64,000 bases of DNA, from NCBI GenBank assembly GCA_951406725.2, contig OX597824.1, positions 78,926,001 through 78,990,000 on the forward strand, given 5' to 3'. The notes below the pieces were generated by a model. The model saw only the letters and a list, made by a program, of their open reading frames with translations. It made no database searches and was not told the origin of the DNA. The position numbers and the translations under genes are program-made. Below, one piece after another: positions 39,545-52,985 of the stretch (position 1 is the first letter of the stretch; every line of letters starts with the position of its first letter). The stretch is from Octopus vulgaris. Taxonomy: Eukaryota.

Positions 39545-39760
39545 TATTTCTTTATTGCCCACAAGGGGCTAAACACAGAGGGGACAAACAAGGACAGACA
39601 AACGGATTAAGTCGATTACATCGACCCCAGTGCATAACCGGTACTTAATTTATCGACCTCGAAAGGATGAAAGGCAAAGTTGACATCGGCGGAATTTAAA
39701 CTCAGAACATAGCGGCAGACGAAATACCGCTAAGCATTTCGCCCGGCGTGCTAACGTTTT
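39545..39760 (-). mobile_element. SINE family A, 5'-truncated, with 16-bp TSD
   Basis: TSD tagctaagttgtttct at 39529-39544 and 39761-39776. Confidence 0.92.
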
Positions 39761-39815
39761 TAGCTAAGTTGTTTCTGTGTGAAGCTATAATGTTGTCCCA
39801 GGTATATGAACACCG

Positions 39816-40204
39816 TGGAGGCGCAATGGCCCAGTGGTTAGGGCAGCGGACTCGCGGTCGGAGGATCGCGGTTTCGATTCCCAGACCGGGCATTGTGAGT
39901 GTTTATTGAGCGAAAACACCTAAAGCTCCACGAGGCTCCGGCAGGGAGTGGTGGTGAACCCTGCTGTACTCTTTCACCACAACTTTCTCTCACTCTTACT
40001 TCCTGTTTCTGTTGTACCTGTATTTCAAAGGGCCAGCCTTGTCACACTCTGTGTCACGCTGAATCTCCTTGAGAACTACGTTAAGGGTACACGTGTCTGT
40101 GGAGTGCTCAGCCACTTGCACGTTAATATCACGAGCAAGCTGTTCCGTTGATCGTATCAACTGGGACCCTCATCGTCGCAACCGACGGAGTGCTCCTATC
40201 TATC
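39816..40204 (+). mobile_element. SINE family C with 13-bp TSD
   Basis: TSD tatatgaacaccg at 39803-39815 and 40205-40217. Confidence 0.92.
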
Positions 40205-40537
40205 TATATGAACACCGCTCAAATGTGAGTTACACAATTAAAGTGTGATTCACATTATCAGTAACAGATCCAGGCAGAAAAAACAGTTTTAATTTGTTGA
40301 CCGTTCCTCAGAGATGACGTTCGCGACTTCTTTTCTCAATTAATAACATGGATCAGCTGTTATATAAAACAGTCGTGAACCAGGCTAGCATCATACGGAT
40401 ATCCTAATTTGCATATATGTTCTTCATTAATTACGTAATAATTATAATGTTGGCAGATGGACTGTGTAAAAGTCAAGAATATGCTATCTATTACGTAATT
40501 CCGAGACCCTCAAAACAGCTGTAGGAGCTTAAATACC

Positions 40538-40774
40538 TATTTCTTTATTACCCACAAGGGGCTAAACACAGAGGGGACAAACAAGGACAGACATAGGTAT
40601 TAAGTCGATTACATCGACCCCAGTGCGTAACTGGTACTTATTTAATCGACCCCGAAAGGATGAAAGGCAAAGTCGACCTCGGGGGAATTTGAACTCACAA
40701 CGTAACGGCAGACGAAATGCGGCTACGCATTTCGCCTGGCGTGCTAACGTTTCTGCCAGCATGCCGCCTTATGA
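40538..40774 (-). mobile_element. SINE family A monomer with 17-bp TSD
   Basis: TSD gtaggagcttaaatacc at 40521-40537 and 40775-40791. Confidence 0.93.
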
Positions 40775-40907
40775 GTAGGAGCTTAAATACCATGTCCTCT
40801 AGCCTTAGTTTTCTGTATCACTTCTACTCCATGTAAATCTGCCCCGTAAATATATAATTATCTGTATGCTTCTACATGAAGGTTCATCATCTAAATATTT
40901 TCATTTT

Positions 40908-40993
<86 letters not shown>

Positions 40994-42014
40994 GTATGTA
41001 TGCATGTGTGTGTATATGTTTGTGCGTCTGTGTTTGTCACCCCAACATCACTTGATAACCGATGCTGGTGTGTTTAAGGCCCCGTAAACTAGCAGTTCGG
41101 CCAAAGAGACCGATAGAATAAGTATTAAGCTTACAAAGAATAAGTTCTGGGAACGATTTGCTCGATCGACTAAAGGCGGTGCTCCAGTCAAATGGCTGAA
41201 GCAAGTAAAAAGAGTATGTATTTACATGTACAAATGTATATTTTCTATATTCAACCCAAGCTATATATATATATACATACATACATACATACATAAATCA
41301 TGAAGTATCGATGAGTGGAAAATATACTTCCGATGTTATGCAGCTACCTCACTCGGATGTTTTTTTTTATTGCTTGTTTACACCTTTTCGAGATCAGTGA
41401 CGTTCCGTTACTGGAAAAAGGATATATGTATATTAAAGAATCCGCCGGTTACGACGACGAGGGTCCCAGCTGATACGATCAACGGAACAGCTTGCTCGTG
41501 AAATTAACGTGCAAATGGCTGAGCATTCCACAGACACGTGTACCCTTAACGTAGTTCTCGGGGATAATCAGCGTGACACAGAGAGTGACAAGGCTGACCC
41601 TTTGAAATACAAGTACAACTCATTTTTGCCAGCTGAGTGGACTGGAGCAACGTGAAATAAAGTGTCTTGCTCAAGGATACAACGCGTCGCCGGGAATTGA
41701 ACTCACAACCTTACGATCATGAGCCGAATGCCCTAACCACTAAGCCACGCGCCCTCACAATATGTATATATTGCCATTGGGAACCACTTCACATCGACAT
41801 TTATATAGCTACTGATGACGTTATATCATATAACGTTTTTTTAAACAATATTAATAGCGTTCTGTCTATCGCTATACGAATCCATCATTTTTTGCTAAAA
41901 TGTCTTATTGACGAGTTTCGTTTTTTTCACTTTCCTGGGGAGAAGATTGCATTGTTTATACCATTTATTCTTTTGAATAGTATCAGTGGAATTTTCGAAA
42001 CATGTGTCGAAAGT

Positions 42015-42201
42015 AAAAATATTTGATTTACACCTGCGTTAACTCCATTTTTTTTATTCATATTATTCAAAATATTCAACGTAAACACAAAGTTTCTACC
42101 TTTATAAACAAGGAGTTACAACACCTTTACTTGTGAGATTTTTGCTGCCCTGGTAACTATTTATTTATTTTCCGTGTTAATTGTTAACAAGGTAAAATAC
42201 A

Positions 42202-42243
<42 letters not shown>

Positions 42244-42444
42244 TCCAAACATGAAGCGCAAAAAAAAAAAACAAAACAACGCGAGGACGTGGAACAAATA
42301 TGGTATTATTAGACGCTCAGGAAAGAAGGAAAGAAGGAGGGTTTAACGTTTAGAGCGGAGCTCTCCGTCGGAAACATAGGAGAAGGAAAGATCTAGAGGA
42401 GGGAAGACAGAAGAAAAAAAATCGCCAACGGTACACACATATAG

Positions 42445-42495
<51 letters not shown>

Positions 42496-42994
42496 TATTA
42501 GAGACAAAACCACTATTTTGCAAAACAAACAAGGAAAGACTTAATCAATACATAAAATTTTAATAAATAGTCAAAAATATTTGATTTACACCTGCGTTAA
42601 CTCCATTTTTTTTATTCATATTATTCAAAATATTCAACGTAAACACGAAGTTTCTACCTTTATAAACAAGGAGTTACAACACCTTTACTTGTGAGATTTT
42701 TGCTGCCCTGGTAACTATTTATTTATTTTCCGTGTTAATTGTTAACAAGGTAAAATACACTCATATATATATATATTTATATATATATATATATAGTTAA
42801 TCCAAACATGAAGCGCAAAAAAAAACAAAACAACGCGAGGACGTGGAACAAATATGGTATTATTAGACGCTCCTTGAAAGAAGGCAAGAAGGAGGGTTTA
42901 ACGTTTAGAGCGGATTTTCCGTCGAAACATAGGAGAAGGAAAATTGATCTAGAGGAGGAAGACAGATTTTTTCGCCAACGGTACACACATATAG

Positions 42995-43020
<26 letters not shown>
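42015..43020 (+). repeat. ~560-bp tandem duplication including the HHR cassette
   Basis: Units start at 42015 and 42573 (aaaaatatttgatttacacctgcg...). Confidence 0.9.
42240..42445 (-). mobile_element. HHR-cassette copy with degenerate core (second copy at 42797-42995)
   Basis: Same family as 35547-35735. Core mutated to CCGACGG...TAAAC. Confidence 0.75.
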
Positions 43021-43047
<27 letters not shown>

Positions 43048-43258
43048 TATATATACATATATGTGTGTGTGTATATATATATATATACACACATATATAT
43101 ACATACACACACACACATATATATATATATATAGATATAGATATATATACATAGATATATATACATAGATATACATACATGTATATATATACATGTATAT
43201 ATATACATACATATATATATACATATATATATACATACATATATATATATACATACAT

Positions 43259-43316
<58 letters not shown>

Positions 43317-43778
43317 TATATGTGTACGTGTGTACGTATGTATTGTATGTATGTATTAAAACATCCTCACTGCAGACAATATTTAAAACAATCCTTTTGT
43401 CTATTCATCCATTTCTCGTTCTTCTTTCTCATATATTTCTTCTTTGTATGAATACTAATATGTTCTAAACATATTAAGCTATTGTGTCTACACCGAAAAC
43501 TGCAATAGCTGTCAATCACGTATATATTCTCCGATCTGTTTAAGTCATAGACAGCTTTTCGTTGCTCAGATTCAGTCATCTTCATGTCTTTCTTTATCTT
43601 TTCGGTTTTGTCTCGAAGAACATCCATTTTGTAACAATTCCAATATTTCGTCACATAATCTGTGTGCCATATGACAATAGTAACAAGCCGACAATAATAT
43701 AACGAAACCTTTTATTTTTGTGCTTGTATGCATATGATATATGCACATTTATTTATCTATCTATGTTTGTATATATAA

Positions 43779-43855
<77 letters not shown>

Positions 43856-43939
43856 TATATATGTATGTATATATATGTGTATATATATACATGTTTATAT
43901 ATACATGTATGTATATATATATCTATGTATATATCTATC

Positions 43940-43972
<33 letters not shown>

Positions 43973-44017
43973 ATATATGTGTATATATATATACACTCAC
44001 ACATATATGTATATATA

Positions 44018-44080
<63 letters not shown>

Positions 44081-44304
44081 CTATATGTGTGTACTGTTGG
44101 CGATTTTTTTCTTCTGTCTTCCCTCCTCTATTATTTTATTTGTTCGCCCTTTTCAAGCCTAGCCAGGCTCGTGGGCTCGCTTTTCTCCCGGCTTATATGG
44201 CGTATGTGTTCCCCCAACTGGACGGGACACCAGTCCATCGCAGCGTTACTCAAGAAACAGGAAGAAAGAGTGAGAGAAAGTTGGGGCGAAAGAGTACAAC
44301 AGTG

Positions 44305-45011
44305 TTTCTCCTTTCCCTACCCACTGTCTTCGACGTTTCACATTTTAATGGAGAACCCGTTTCTCGTCACCAGTCACTATTTGGTCCAAAAATGGATCAT
44401 TCCTGAGACGTGACAGCAAAGAAGAGCACACGTTCACTCTCTGCGCGCGATTAGACTCGGAAAGTTTGCTAGGAACCCATTGTCCCAATTTGCTGACTTT
44501 ACCGATGGCACGCAGGTGTCGATGAATGGTTGAATGACCAAATCAAAGCTTCTCCGCCAGTTCCTCAACAGTTACGTTGGGATTTTGTTCCACCAGTATT
44601 TGCTGGATGTCCTCGTCGAGCTCTACAGATCTTCTAGGACGAGGCTCGTCTTCTAGGCTGTAGTTTCCGGCTCGGAATTTCTGGAACCACCGTTCACTCT
44701 GGCTTACGCTTATTGTCTGATTCCCGTATACTACATTAATATTCCTTGCACTTTCCGTTGCGTTGTTGCCTTTATTGAACTCACAAAGGAAAATGTGCCG
44801 AATATGATCCATTGTCACTGCCATTATATCATTGAAAAAATAACTGTTAAAATCGAACTGCACTCTTCAAAATTTGCACTAAGAATAAGTACAAATAAAA
44901 AATTACTCCCTGATTTTATAGCAAGTTGATGCAGGTAGTTTATCCCGTCCCCTTCCGACTTTTAGCTCATGGAATTGAAAAAAAAAACGCATTATTTATG
45001 GGATGACCCAA
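44305..45011 (-). mobile_element. Truncated mariner transposon (5' TIR + N-terminal half of transposase pseudogene)
   Basis: ORF 44543-44863 HIRHIFLCEFNKGNNATESARNI..RWFQKFRAGNYSLEDEPR, continuing with WVPSKL (WVPHEL-like) and IVTGDEK. TIR-like TTGGGTCATCCCATAAATAATGCG lies next to a TA at 45012. Confidence 0.92.
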
Positions 45012-45297
45012 TATATGTATATATATAAATGTATGTATGTATGTATGTATGTATGTATGTATGTATGTATGTATGTATTTCGTTTTTGAATTTGGTTTGC
45101 AAGATTCTTTATGTGAGTTCGTGTCTTGAAGCATATTCTGTTGTGTCTGGAGAGAGTAATTTTCTTTTTGAGTCTTATAATTTAATACATTCACCGGTAA
45201 AATTTCCACTTATTCCTTATTTTTATTTTCCTAAATTTTTCGTTGCGTCTTGCAACCTTTTTCAATAGTCTTGACTGTCCGTTATTTACACTGCGTT

Positions 45298-45350
<53 letters not shown>

Positions 45351-45437
45351 GGGGGGGGTCTGTATGTATAATAAGTTCGAAGTAAAGAAATAAGTGAAAA
45401 CTAAGCAAAAAAGGCAAAACTAAAAGCAAGATTTTTA

Positions 45438-45485
<48 letters not shown>

Positions 45486-45778
45486 TATTTCAATATTTCG
45501 ATTATGCATCAACTCAATCATGAATAGAGGAGAGTGGAACGTCATTCCGATCTGCCAGGTTACGTATATTAAAGGTTAGTAAGGCAACATAGGCGTCAGT
45601 AATGCTATAATGATAATTCTTCGGTTAATTCATCGTTTTTTTAATTTGTCGTTTACTTTCATGTCAGAACGATGTCACTGGGTTATTTCATCATGTTATT
45701 CTAGTTTCCGTTTTTAATGTTTGATTTAGTTAACTTGTGTCCAATTTGCACGAATCGTCGCTACGAGTAGTAGTGCGT

Positions 45779-46206
45779 ATCTTTTCGGTTTGAACGGCAG
45801 TTTTTAACATAATTTCTAGGTAACCAAAAAATTTTAAACTTCGTATACTGGTAGAATGTGTTTATAAAACATCTTTTTCTCTTGGCTTTATTAAGAAAAT
45901 TCTATAGTTTGTAAGATATTTGTTGTTTATTTTCTTCAATTTATGCAATTTCAACCAATCACTGACGTCTATTGAGGTAAACGACATTCTGTGCCGTATG
46001 AATAAGTCCCTCGTTTAAGAAACAGATTGGGTTTATTTACATTTGTGAAGAAAAAAAGATACCCTTCTCCCACCCCTAACCCTAACCCTAACTAACCCTA
46101 ACCCTAAAATAGATTGAAATGCAATAGATCGATACTAGGGTCATAATTATGGGTGACAATTTCATATGACACCGCTAGAAAAAACTGCCGTTCAAACCGA
46201 AAAGAT
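45779..46206. mobile_element. MITE with 27-bp perfect TIRs and an internal (CCCTAA)n tract
   Basis: atcttttcggtttgaacggcagttttt (45779-45805) pairs with its reverse complement (46180-46206). CCCTAA repeats at ~46074-46106. Confidence 0.85.
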
Positions 46207-46811
46207 TCAAAATGAATCCTGAGTGAAGAAACCAGCCAAAAGTAAAGAAAAAAAGACAATTGTAAAAAAAAGCTCATTAGCAATAAAGTGCGATAAACAA
46301 TTAGAATTCCGAACGAAAATTTAATTTCTTGAAGGCAGTGACTCATAATCAGAAGTTTTAATTATCGCAATATTTTTGTCATTAACTTAGAATTTTAGTT
46401 GTTTTCTTTCTGTGTTTTTGATAAAATCTTAATTCTAAAACTATAAATTTTGATTATTGTTATTTTTCTCCTTATATATTGGTATCAGATTTGGCACAAG
46501 GCTAGCAATTCTGGAGGAAGAGGTAAGCTGATTACATCGACCCCTCCACCCCGAGTTCAACTGGTATTTATTTATCGACTTCGAAAGGATGAAAGGCAAA
46601 ATCGACGTCGGTGGAATTTGAACTCAGAACGTAAAGACGGACGAAATGCCAGTTGTGTTACTTAACGCATATTTCTTCGTTTAATGAGTTTACTAAAATA
46701 AAAGGAAAAAACACTAAAAAGAACACAAAATTTTACGTTAGCAAGGACATTCATTTTTAACACTTTCAGCTTCCAGTTCATAGATGACGAATTCACCTGG
46801 CAACAAATTGA

Positions 46812-47513
46812 GGATCTTTACCTTTTGACCTACAGATTAAAAAAATAAGTTTTTGTGACTAAACATTTTCAAACATTCGGGCACTGGTAGAATGTGTCAT
46901 ATAAAACATCTTTTACTCTTAGCATTTTTGAGAAAAACTTATATTTACGAAGTTATTTCTCGTTAAAGTTCTCGTATTTCAGTAATTTCAACCAATCAAT
47001 GACGTGTCTTCAGCTGAATAAAATTACTGCTGTTGTTTGGCAACAAGAACTTCCGGCGGTGTATATTTCGTTTGTCACTGTTATTTATGACAACCCTAAC
47101 CATAAAACCTTAACCCTAACCTTAACCCTAAAACCCTAACCCTAACCGTAAAATCCTATCCTTAACCCTAAAACCCTAACCCTAAAACCCTAACCCTAAA
47201 ACCTTAAAACCAGTACATGCGCACGAACGATGTCATAAATAACAGTGACAAACGAAAAATACACCGCAGGAAGTTGTTGTTGTTGACAAACAACGGCAGT
47301 AATCTTACTCAGCTGAATACACGTTATTGATTGGTTGAAATTACCGAAATGCTACAACTTTAACGTGAAATAACTTCGTAAATATAAGCTTTTCTCAAAA
47401 ATGCTAAGAGTAAAAGATGTTTTATATGACACATTCTACCAGTGTCCGAAGTTTGAAAGTGTTTAGTTACCAAAAATTATTTTTAAAATCTGTCGGTCAA
47501 AAGGTAAAGATCC
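46812..47513. mobile_element. Foldback-type non-autonomous DNA transposon: ~280-bp inverted arms, telomere-like spacer, 8-bp TSD
   Basis: Ends GGATCTTTACCTTTTGACC / GGTCAAAAGGTAAAGATCC. TSD CAAATTGA at 46804-46811 and 47514-47521. Centre is (CCCTAA/CCCTAAAA)n at ~47092-47208. Confidence 0.9.
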
Positions 47514-48170
47514 CAAATTGATTTGGTAGTGAATTACCCAACGATAGACTTACCAACGAGGAATTGACCAACAAGGGATTGATTGACCACGAATTGATCA
47601 AGGACGGATTGATCGACGATGAATTCACAAGGTGACGAATTGATGGACAACGAACTAGCCTATAACTATTTAATCTGGTGCCAACTGGTCTAGTGACGAA
47701 TTGACCAACGACGAGGTGACCTAGTGACGAATTGAACAACGGCGATTTAATCGACGATAAATTGACCGAGGACGAATCGACTGGCAACGAATTGACCTTG
47801 CGAGAAATTGATCGACAGCGAAGTGATCAACGGTGAATTGACCGAGGACGAATCGACTGGCAACGAATTGACCTTGCAAGAAATTGATCGACAGCGAAGT
47901 GATCAACGATGAATTGACCGAGGACGAATCGACTGGCAACGAATTGACCTTGCAAGAAATTGATCGACAGCGAAGTGATCAACGATGAATTGACCGAGGA
48001 CGAATCGACTGGCAACGAATTGACCTTGCAAGAAATTGATCGACAGCGAAGTGATCAACGATGAATTGACCGATGATGAATTCACTGACGACGAGTTGAC
48101 CTGGTAGCAAATTGACCAACGTCTAGCAACGAATTGATCGGCGACGAATTAATCTGGCGGTGGATTGCTC
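47514..48170 (+). repeat. Minisatellite of ~15-bp 'cgaattgacc' units with four 76-bp higher-order repeats (47762-48065)
   Basis: Units start at 47762, 47838, 47914 and 47990. Degenerate monomers flank them and also occur left of the foldback element (~46780-46811). Confidence 0.9.
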
Positions 48171-49087
48171 GGACGCTATTATACTAGCCAACTAGTGACG
48201 CCCATTCCTGTCTGTTACAGAAAGTAGATTTTAACTGTTTAATGAGAAGAGCTCCTTTCTTTCTCGTATTCCCTAAAGAGCCCTCTATGGTGATAGTGAT
48301 GCTCTGGGGATGGCATTTTTTCCGCATGTTTTTTAACTGACGAGGCGTTCATATAAAAGTGTTATTTTATGCAGATATGTCGTATATGTAGGTGGCGGCG
48401 GACTGCGCTGTTGATATAAAACCCACCCATTCACACATTGACTACATTCTATAAGGTACAACACATAACCCTCCAAAATGCAGACAGCCATATTGTAGAT
48501 AAGATAGCAATCAATTCACACAGATTACTACATACATTGTTGTAGTCTTAGGTCGCATCTCAGACAAACAACTCTTTCAGGAAAGCTTCAGAATGGATCA
48601 GACAGAACATTGCAGCAGTAAATATTAAATATTAAATATACACTGAAAAATTACGTGCCTCACGGAAATAAGTTACTGAATTCAATATAAAATAAAATTA
48701 CAAACTTTGAAATCAATATTCTACGATGGCGGCAATCCAATGATTGAAACTAGTAAAATGAAGCATATAAATGCTGCATCATTAGCACTACAGACAAAAT
48801 GCTTACCGGGATTTCATCCGACTCATTACGTTCTGAGTTCAAATTTAGCCGAGGTCGACTTTGCTTTTCATCCTGAATAAAATGAAGTACCAGTAAATTA
48901 TTTAACTTCCTCATACTAAAATTGCTTGCCATGTGACAAAATTCCTAATCTGCTTTTCATGCTTGCATGCTGGATACCAGAGCCTTCATTTATTCCTATT
49001 ATTATTATTTATTATTATTATTATTAATTATTATTATTATTATTATTAATTATCATTGTAATTAATTATTATTATTATTATTATTAA

Positions 49088-49134
<47 letters not shown>

Positions 49135-49136
<2 letters not shown>

Positions 49137-49562
49137 TTCTACTCTAAGCATAAGGCCCGAAATTTGGGGGGAGGAGACCAGTCGATTAGATCTATCCCAG
49201 TACGCAATTGGTACTTAATTTATCGACCCGAAAGGATGAAAGGTAAAGTCGACCTCGGCGGAATTTGAATCCAGACGTAAAGCCAGACGAAATACTGCTA
49301 AGTATTTCACCCCCGGGGTGCTAACGTTTCTTATTTCTTTATTACCCACAAGGGGCTAAACACAGAGGGGACAAACAAGGACAGACACATAGATTAAGTC
49401 GATTACATCGACCCCAGTGCGTAACTAGTACTTTTTTAATCGACCCCAAAAGGATAAAAGGCAAAGTCGACCTCGGCGGAATTTGAACTCAGAACGTAAC
49501 GGCAGACGAAATACGGCTACGCATTTCGCCCGGCGTGCTAACGCTTCTGAAGCTCGCCGCCT
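49135..49562 (-). mobile_element. SINE family A dimer of two tail variants. Other family A copies: ~335-515, 3160-3360, 4066-4275, 5821-6022, 12108-12340, 46490-46650, 48770-48940, 49812-50060, 54353-54510, 54855-55020, 59790-59930
   Basis: All share the central ccgaggtcgactttgcctttcatcctttcggggtcgat..aagtacc block. Confidence 0.85.
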
Positions 49563-50857
49563 TTGTAATAATAATAATAATAATAATGCCCTGATGCAAT
49601 AAGACCCTGATGCAATACCAGGCAGTGGATCTCATGATCTCATGGCTTCTGATCTTAACTGACTGGAAGTGTTAACATGTACTTTGCTTTGTCTTGGTAT
49701 AACAGGTTATTATTATTGTTGTTATTATTATTATTATTATTATTGTTGTTGTTGTTGTTGTTGTTGTTTTTTGTTGTTGTTTTTCGTTGTTGTTGTTGTT
49801 GTTCTTATTATTCCGCCGAGGTCGACTTTGACTTTCATCCTTTCAGGGTCGATAAAATAAGTACCACTTTGAATACTGGGGTCGACGTAATCGACTCATC
49901 CCCTCCCACGAATTTGCTTCTCTTGTGGCAAAATTTGAAACTATTTTTCCGCTAAGGTCGACTTTACTTTTCATTTTTTCAGAGTCGATACAATAAGTAC
50001 CACTAGAGCACTGGGGTCGATACAATCGACTAGACCCCCTTCTCCCAAAATTTCAGGATTATTATTATTATTGTTGTTGTTTTTGTTGTTGTTTTGATGT
50101 TCTTGTTGTTGTTTACTCGCACAGTGGCTCTACCAAATCTGCTAATTCAAACGTGCGGAATAATATGGAATTTAGTGGAAAGAATTATAATGTAAATAAG
50201 CAAGAAATCAGGTTATGTGCGAAACGTAACTAATACTCATGAAGAAAAGTTAGTTGTTGTCATAGTTGTTGTTACTGTTATATCCGTACGTACATACGTA
50301 TGTATAAATGTATGTACACAAGCATGGTTGTGTTGGTGTGTGTGTGTGTGTGTGTGTGTGTGTATTAAAGTAGCGTTTGAAAGTCTGGTATAAGTTAACT
50401 AACTACTGGGATGCATGCCAGAAGTGTGGGGACGGCGTAAACAAGGAATCTATCTTTTTGGTATCATTTGGTAAACATTTACAGAAAGTACAGAAAATTC
50501 ATGAATCAGTTAAAAACACAACAGCAATAACAACAACAACAACATTACAATCCATCTCCCTGCCAGCACCGCCCCCACCCTTCTCCTCCGCCTTCCCGCC
50601 TACGCTTCCAAAAAAACTAAAGGAAGGAAGAAAGAGATAACTGTACCCCCCATTTCCTCGTAGTGGTGGTGCCTTCAAATTTTGGCACAAAGTCAGCTAT
50701 TTTAGGTGTCGGGGGTTGTCAGTTGATTTACACCGACCCTAGTTTTCGACTGGTCCCTTTTTTTTTTCTAATCGAGGAATGAAAGGCGAAATTGACCTCG
50801 GCATGATTTGAACTTAAAACGTAGAACGGGAAGAAATACAGGAGGAATCTCCCATCA

Positions 50858-50860
<3 letters not shown>

Positions 50861-50935
<75 letters not shown>

Positions 50936-50936
50936 C

Positions 50937-50968
<32 letters not shown>

Positions 50969-50974
50969 CACCAC

Positions 50975-51053
<79 letters not shown>

Positions 51054-51072
51054 CACCACCACCACCACTACC

Positions 51073-51116
<44 letters not shown>

Positions 51117-51137
51117 CACCACTACTACTACTACTAC
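50861..51137. repeat. (TAC/CAC)n compound microsatellite
   Basis: Direct reading. Confidence 0.97.
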
Positions 51138-52460
51138 TTTTTTTACTTGTTTCAGTCATTTAACTGTGGCTGGAACACTGCCTTTAGTCGAGTAAATCGA
51201 CCCCAGGACTTATTCTTTGTAAGCCTAGTGCTTATTCTATCGGTCTCTTTTGCCGAATACGGTATGTGCAGACAACGTTACCATAATGATGTCAGATAGT
51301 ATGAAGCGCTTCTCAGCACCTTTAGTTTCAGTGTGGTGGCGCAATGGCCCAGTGGTTAGGGCAGCGGACTCGCGGTCATAGGATCGCGGTTTCGATTCCC
51401 AGACCGGGCGTTGTGAGATGGTGGTGATCCCTGCTGTACTCTTTCACCACAACTTTCTCTCACTCTTACTTCCTGTTTCTGTCGTACCTGTATTTCAAAG
51501 GGCCGGCCTTGTCACTCTCTGTGTCACGCTGAATATCCCATCCCCGAGAACTACGTTAAGGGTACACGTGTCTGTGGAGTGCTCAGCCACTTACACGTTA
51601 ATTTCACGAGTAGGCTGTTCCGTTGATTCGGATCAACCGGAACCCTCGTCGTCGTAACCGACGGAGTGCTTCCTATCCTAGTTTCAGTGGTGGTGACTCG
51701 AGAGTCAGTACATACTGAGAAGTGAAGGAGAGAATATCTAAACCGTCAATTTAATCTCACAACAGAGCAGATTCTGTATTATAAGTGAAACGGCTAAATC
51801 AGCCCCTTTATGCTCGCTAAATTAGATACTTTCTCAAGCATCTTTCATGAGGGTAAGCGTTCTCTCCTTACACTTATCTCACTCTCCAAATGAAAACTTG
51901 AAGAAGCTGATCAGTGTGCTGTCGGGAAGAAAAAGTCTTCCTTCAGCACATTTAAATCTTTTAAACAAACATCTACCACCATAATGAACTTTTTCGATGC
52001 CATATTCATTCTCTACTCGCTTAGCAACATGTATCCCTAAACACCGGTCATGTGGATATTGAGCGAATGCTACTTTGAGTCGCCCGACGACTCTTCTGAC
52101 TATTTCTCAGTTCGTCGTATTTTCTGACACTATCACTAAAATGCAACAAAGAAGAGCAACTCATCTTTAACCTGGGTACTTTTGCTCCACAAGTTATGAA
52201 TATACTTCACAGTTTCTTTTTGTTCTGCGTGCCACACCATGTTTAGTTCTAGAGTTCTCTCTTCTCTGCTCCCTGTATTAAGATTGTCCTTAATATTTTT
52301 CGCTCCCTTTTCATTTACCTCATAATCTATTCGCACCACTTCTCTTCCTTCTATCTTTCTTTCATCCTTACATCACTCTACTCCAAATCACTGCTTTACT
52401 TAAATGTCACCGCCTCCTGGAGATGCATCTGAGCGAACGTATGTTATGCTCGAAAATAAC
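51138..52460 (+). mobile_element. Second copy of the composite segment, interrupted by a SINE at 51334-51678
   Basis: Colinear reverse complement of 12492-13472. The same 'MVRIDYEVNEKG..' ORF appears in both copies. Confidence 0.8.
51334..51678 (+). mobile_element. SINE family C (internally deleted) with 11-bp TSD
   Basis: TSD tagtttcagtg. The empty site is present in the paralogous segment at ~13272-13282. Confidence 0.93.
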
Positions 52461-52941
52461 TAAAGTTTTGTAAAGAAAGGCAATCTTTAACGATATTTTT
52501 TTTATAAAATAGTGTAGTATAAAGTTTATTTGCTATACTTACGTGTCTTTTGCGGAATTAGGAGAACAACACAGGTCGTATACAATCAGCACCGTGAGTT
52601 CACACGTGGAAAGAAATCCCCTTTTCTAAGAATACTTAAAAGCGAGGCAAGAAAAGCAACAGAACATAGATAAATAATAGGAGGGAAATGAGATTAAACA
52701 ATGCATCCTCATGTTAAATAAAATGCTTTTTAAGAATAGCAAAAGCGTAACAAGTGCTACAGAACGACTATATACAGTCTTGAACTGATTGACTTAAAGA
52801 AGTTAAGTTACAGTTATAAACCGGGATATTACAATTCGGAGAAAATTGAACAGATAGAGTTAATAAGCGAGGAAACCAACGGATATTCTTTATTTTCTTG
52901 TAACTGTCCATTGTATTCAATGAAGGCCATCCTCTTCAGCT

Positions 52942-52985
<44 letters not shown>

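Noticed and set aside
41808-42012. CTGATGA + hairpin and a distant GAAACATGTGTC
   Set aside because: The pieces cannot be assembled into one consistent fold. At most a decayed remnant.
43367-43654. 95-aa ORF with weak likeness to the PLE pre-RT segment (ESEQRKAVYDLNRSENIYVI)
   Set aside because: The diagnostic DKG motif and downstream RT motifs are absent.
46074-47208. True telomere or chromosome-fusion site
   Set aside because: The tracts are short, degenerate, in one orientation and enclosed by transposon TIRs.
47514-48170. Regularly spaced repeats resembling a CRISPR array or a repeat protein (MPVDSSSVN.. ORFs)
   Set aside because: The units are contiguous with no unique spacers, no cas genes are present, the context is eukaryotic, and the 76-bp period breaks frame.
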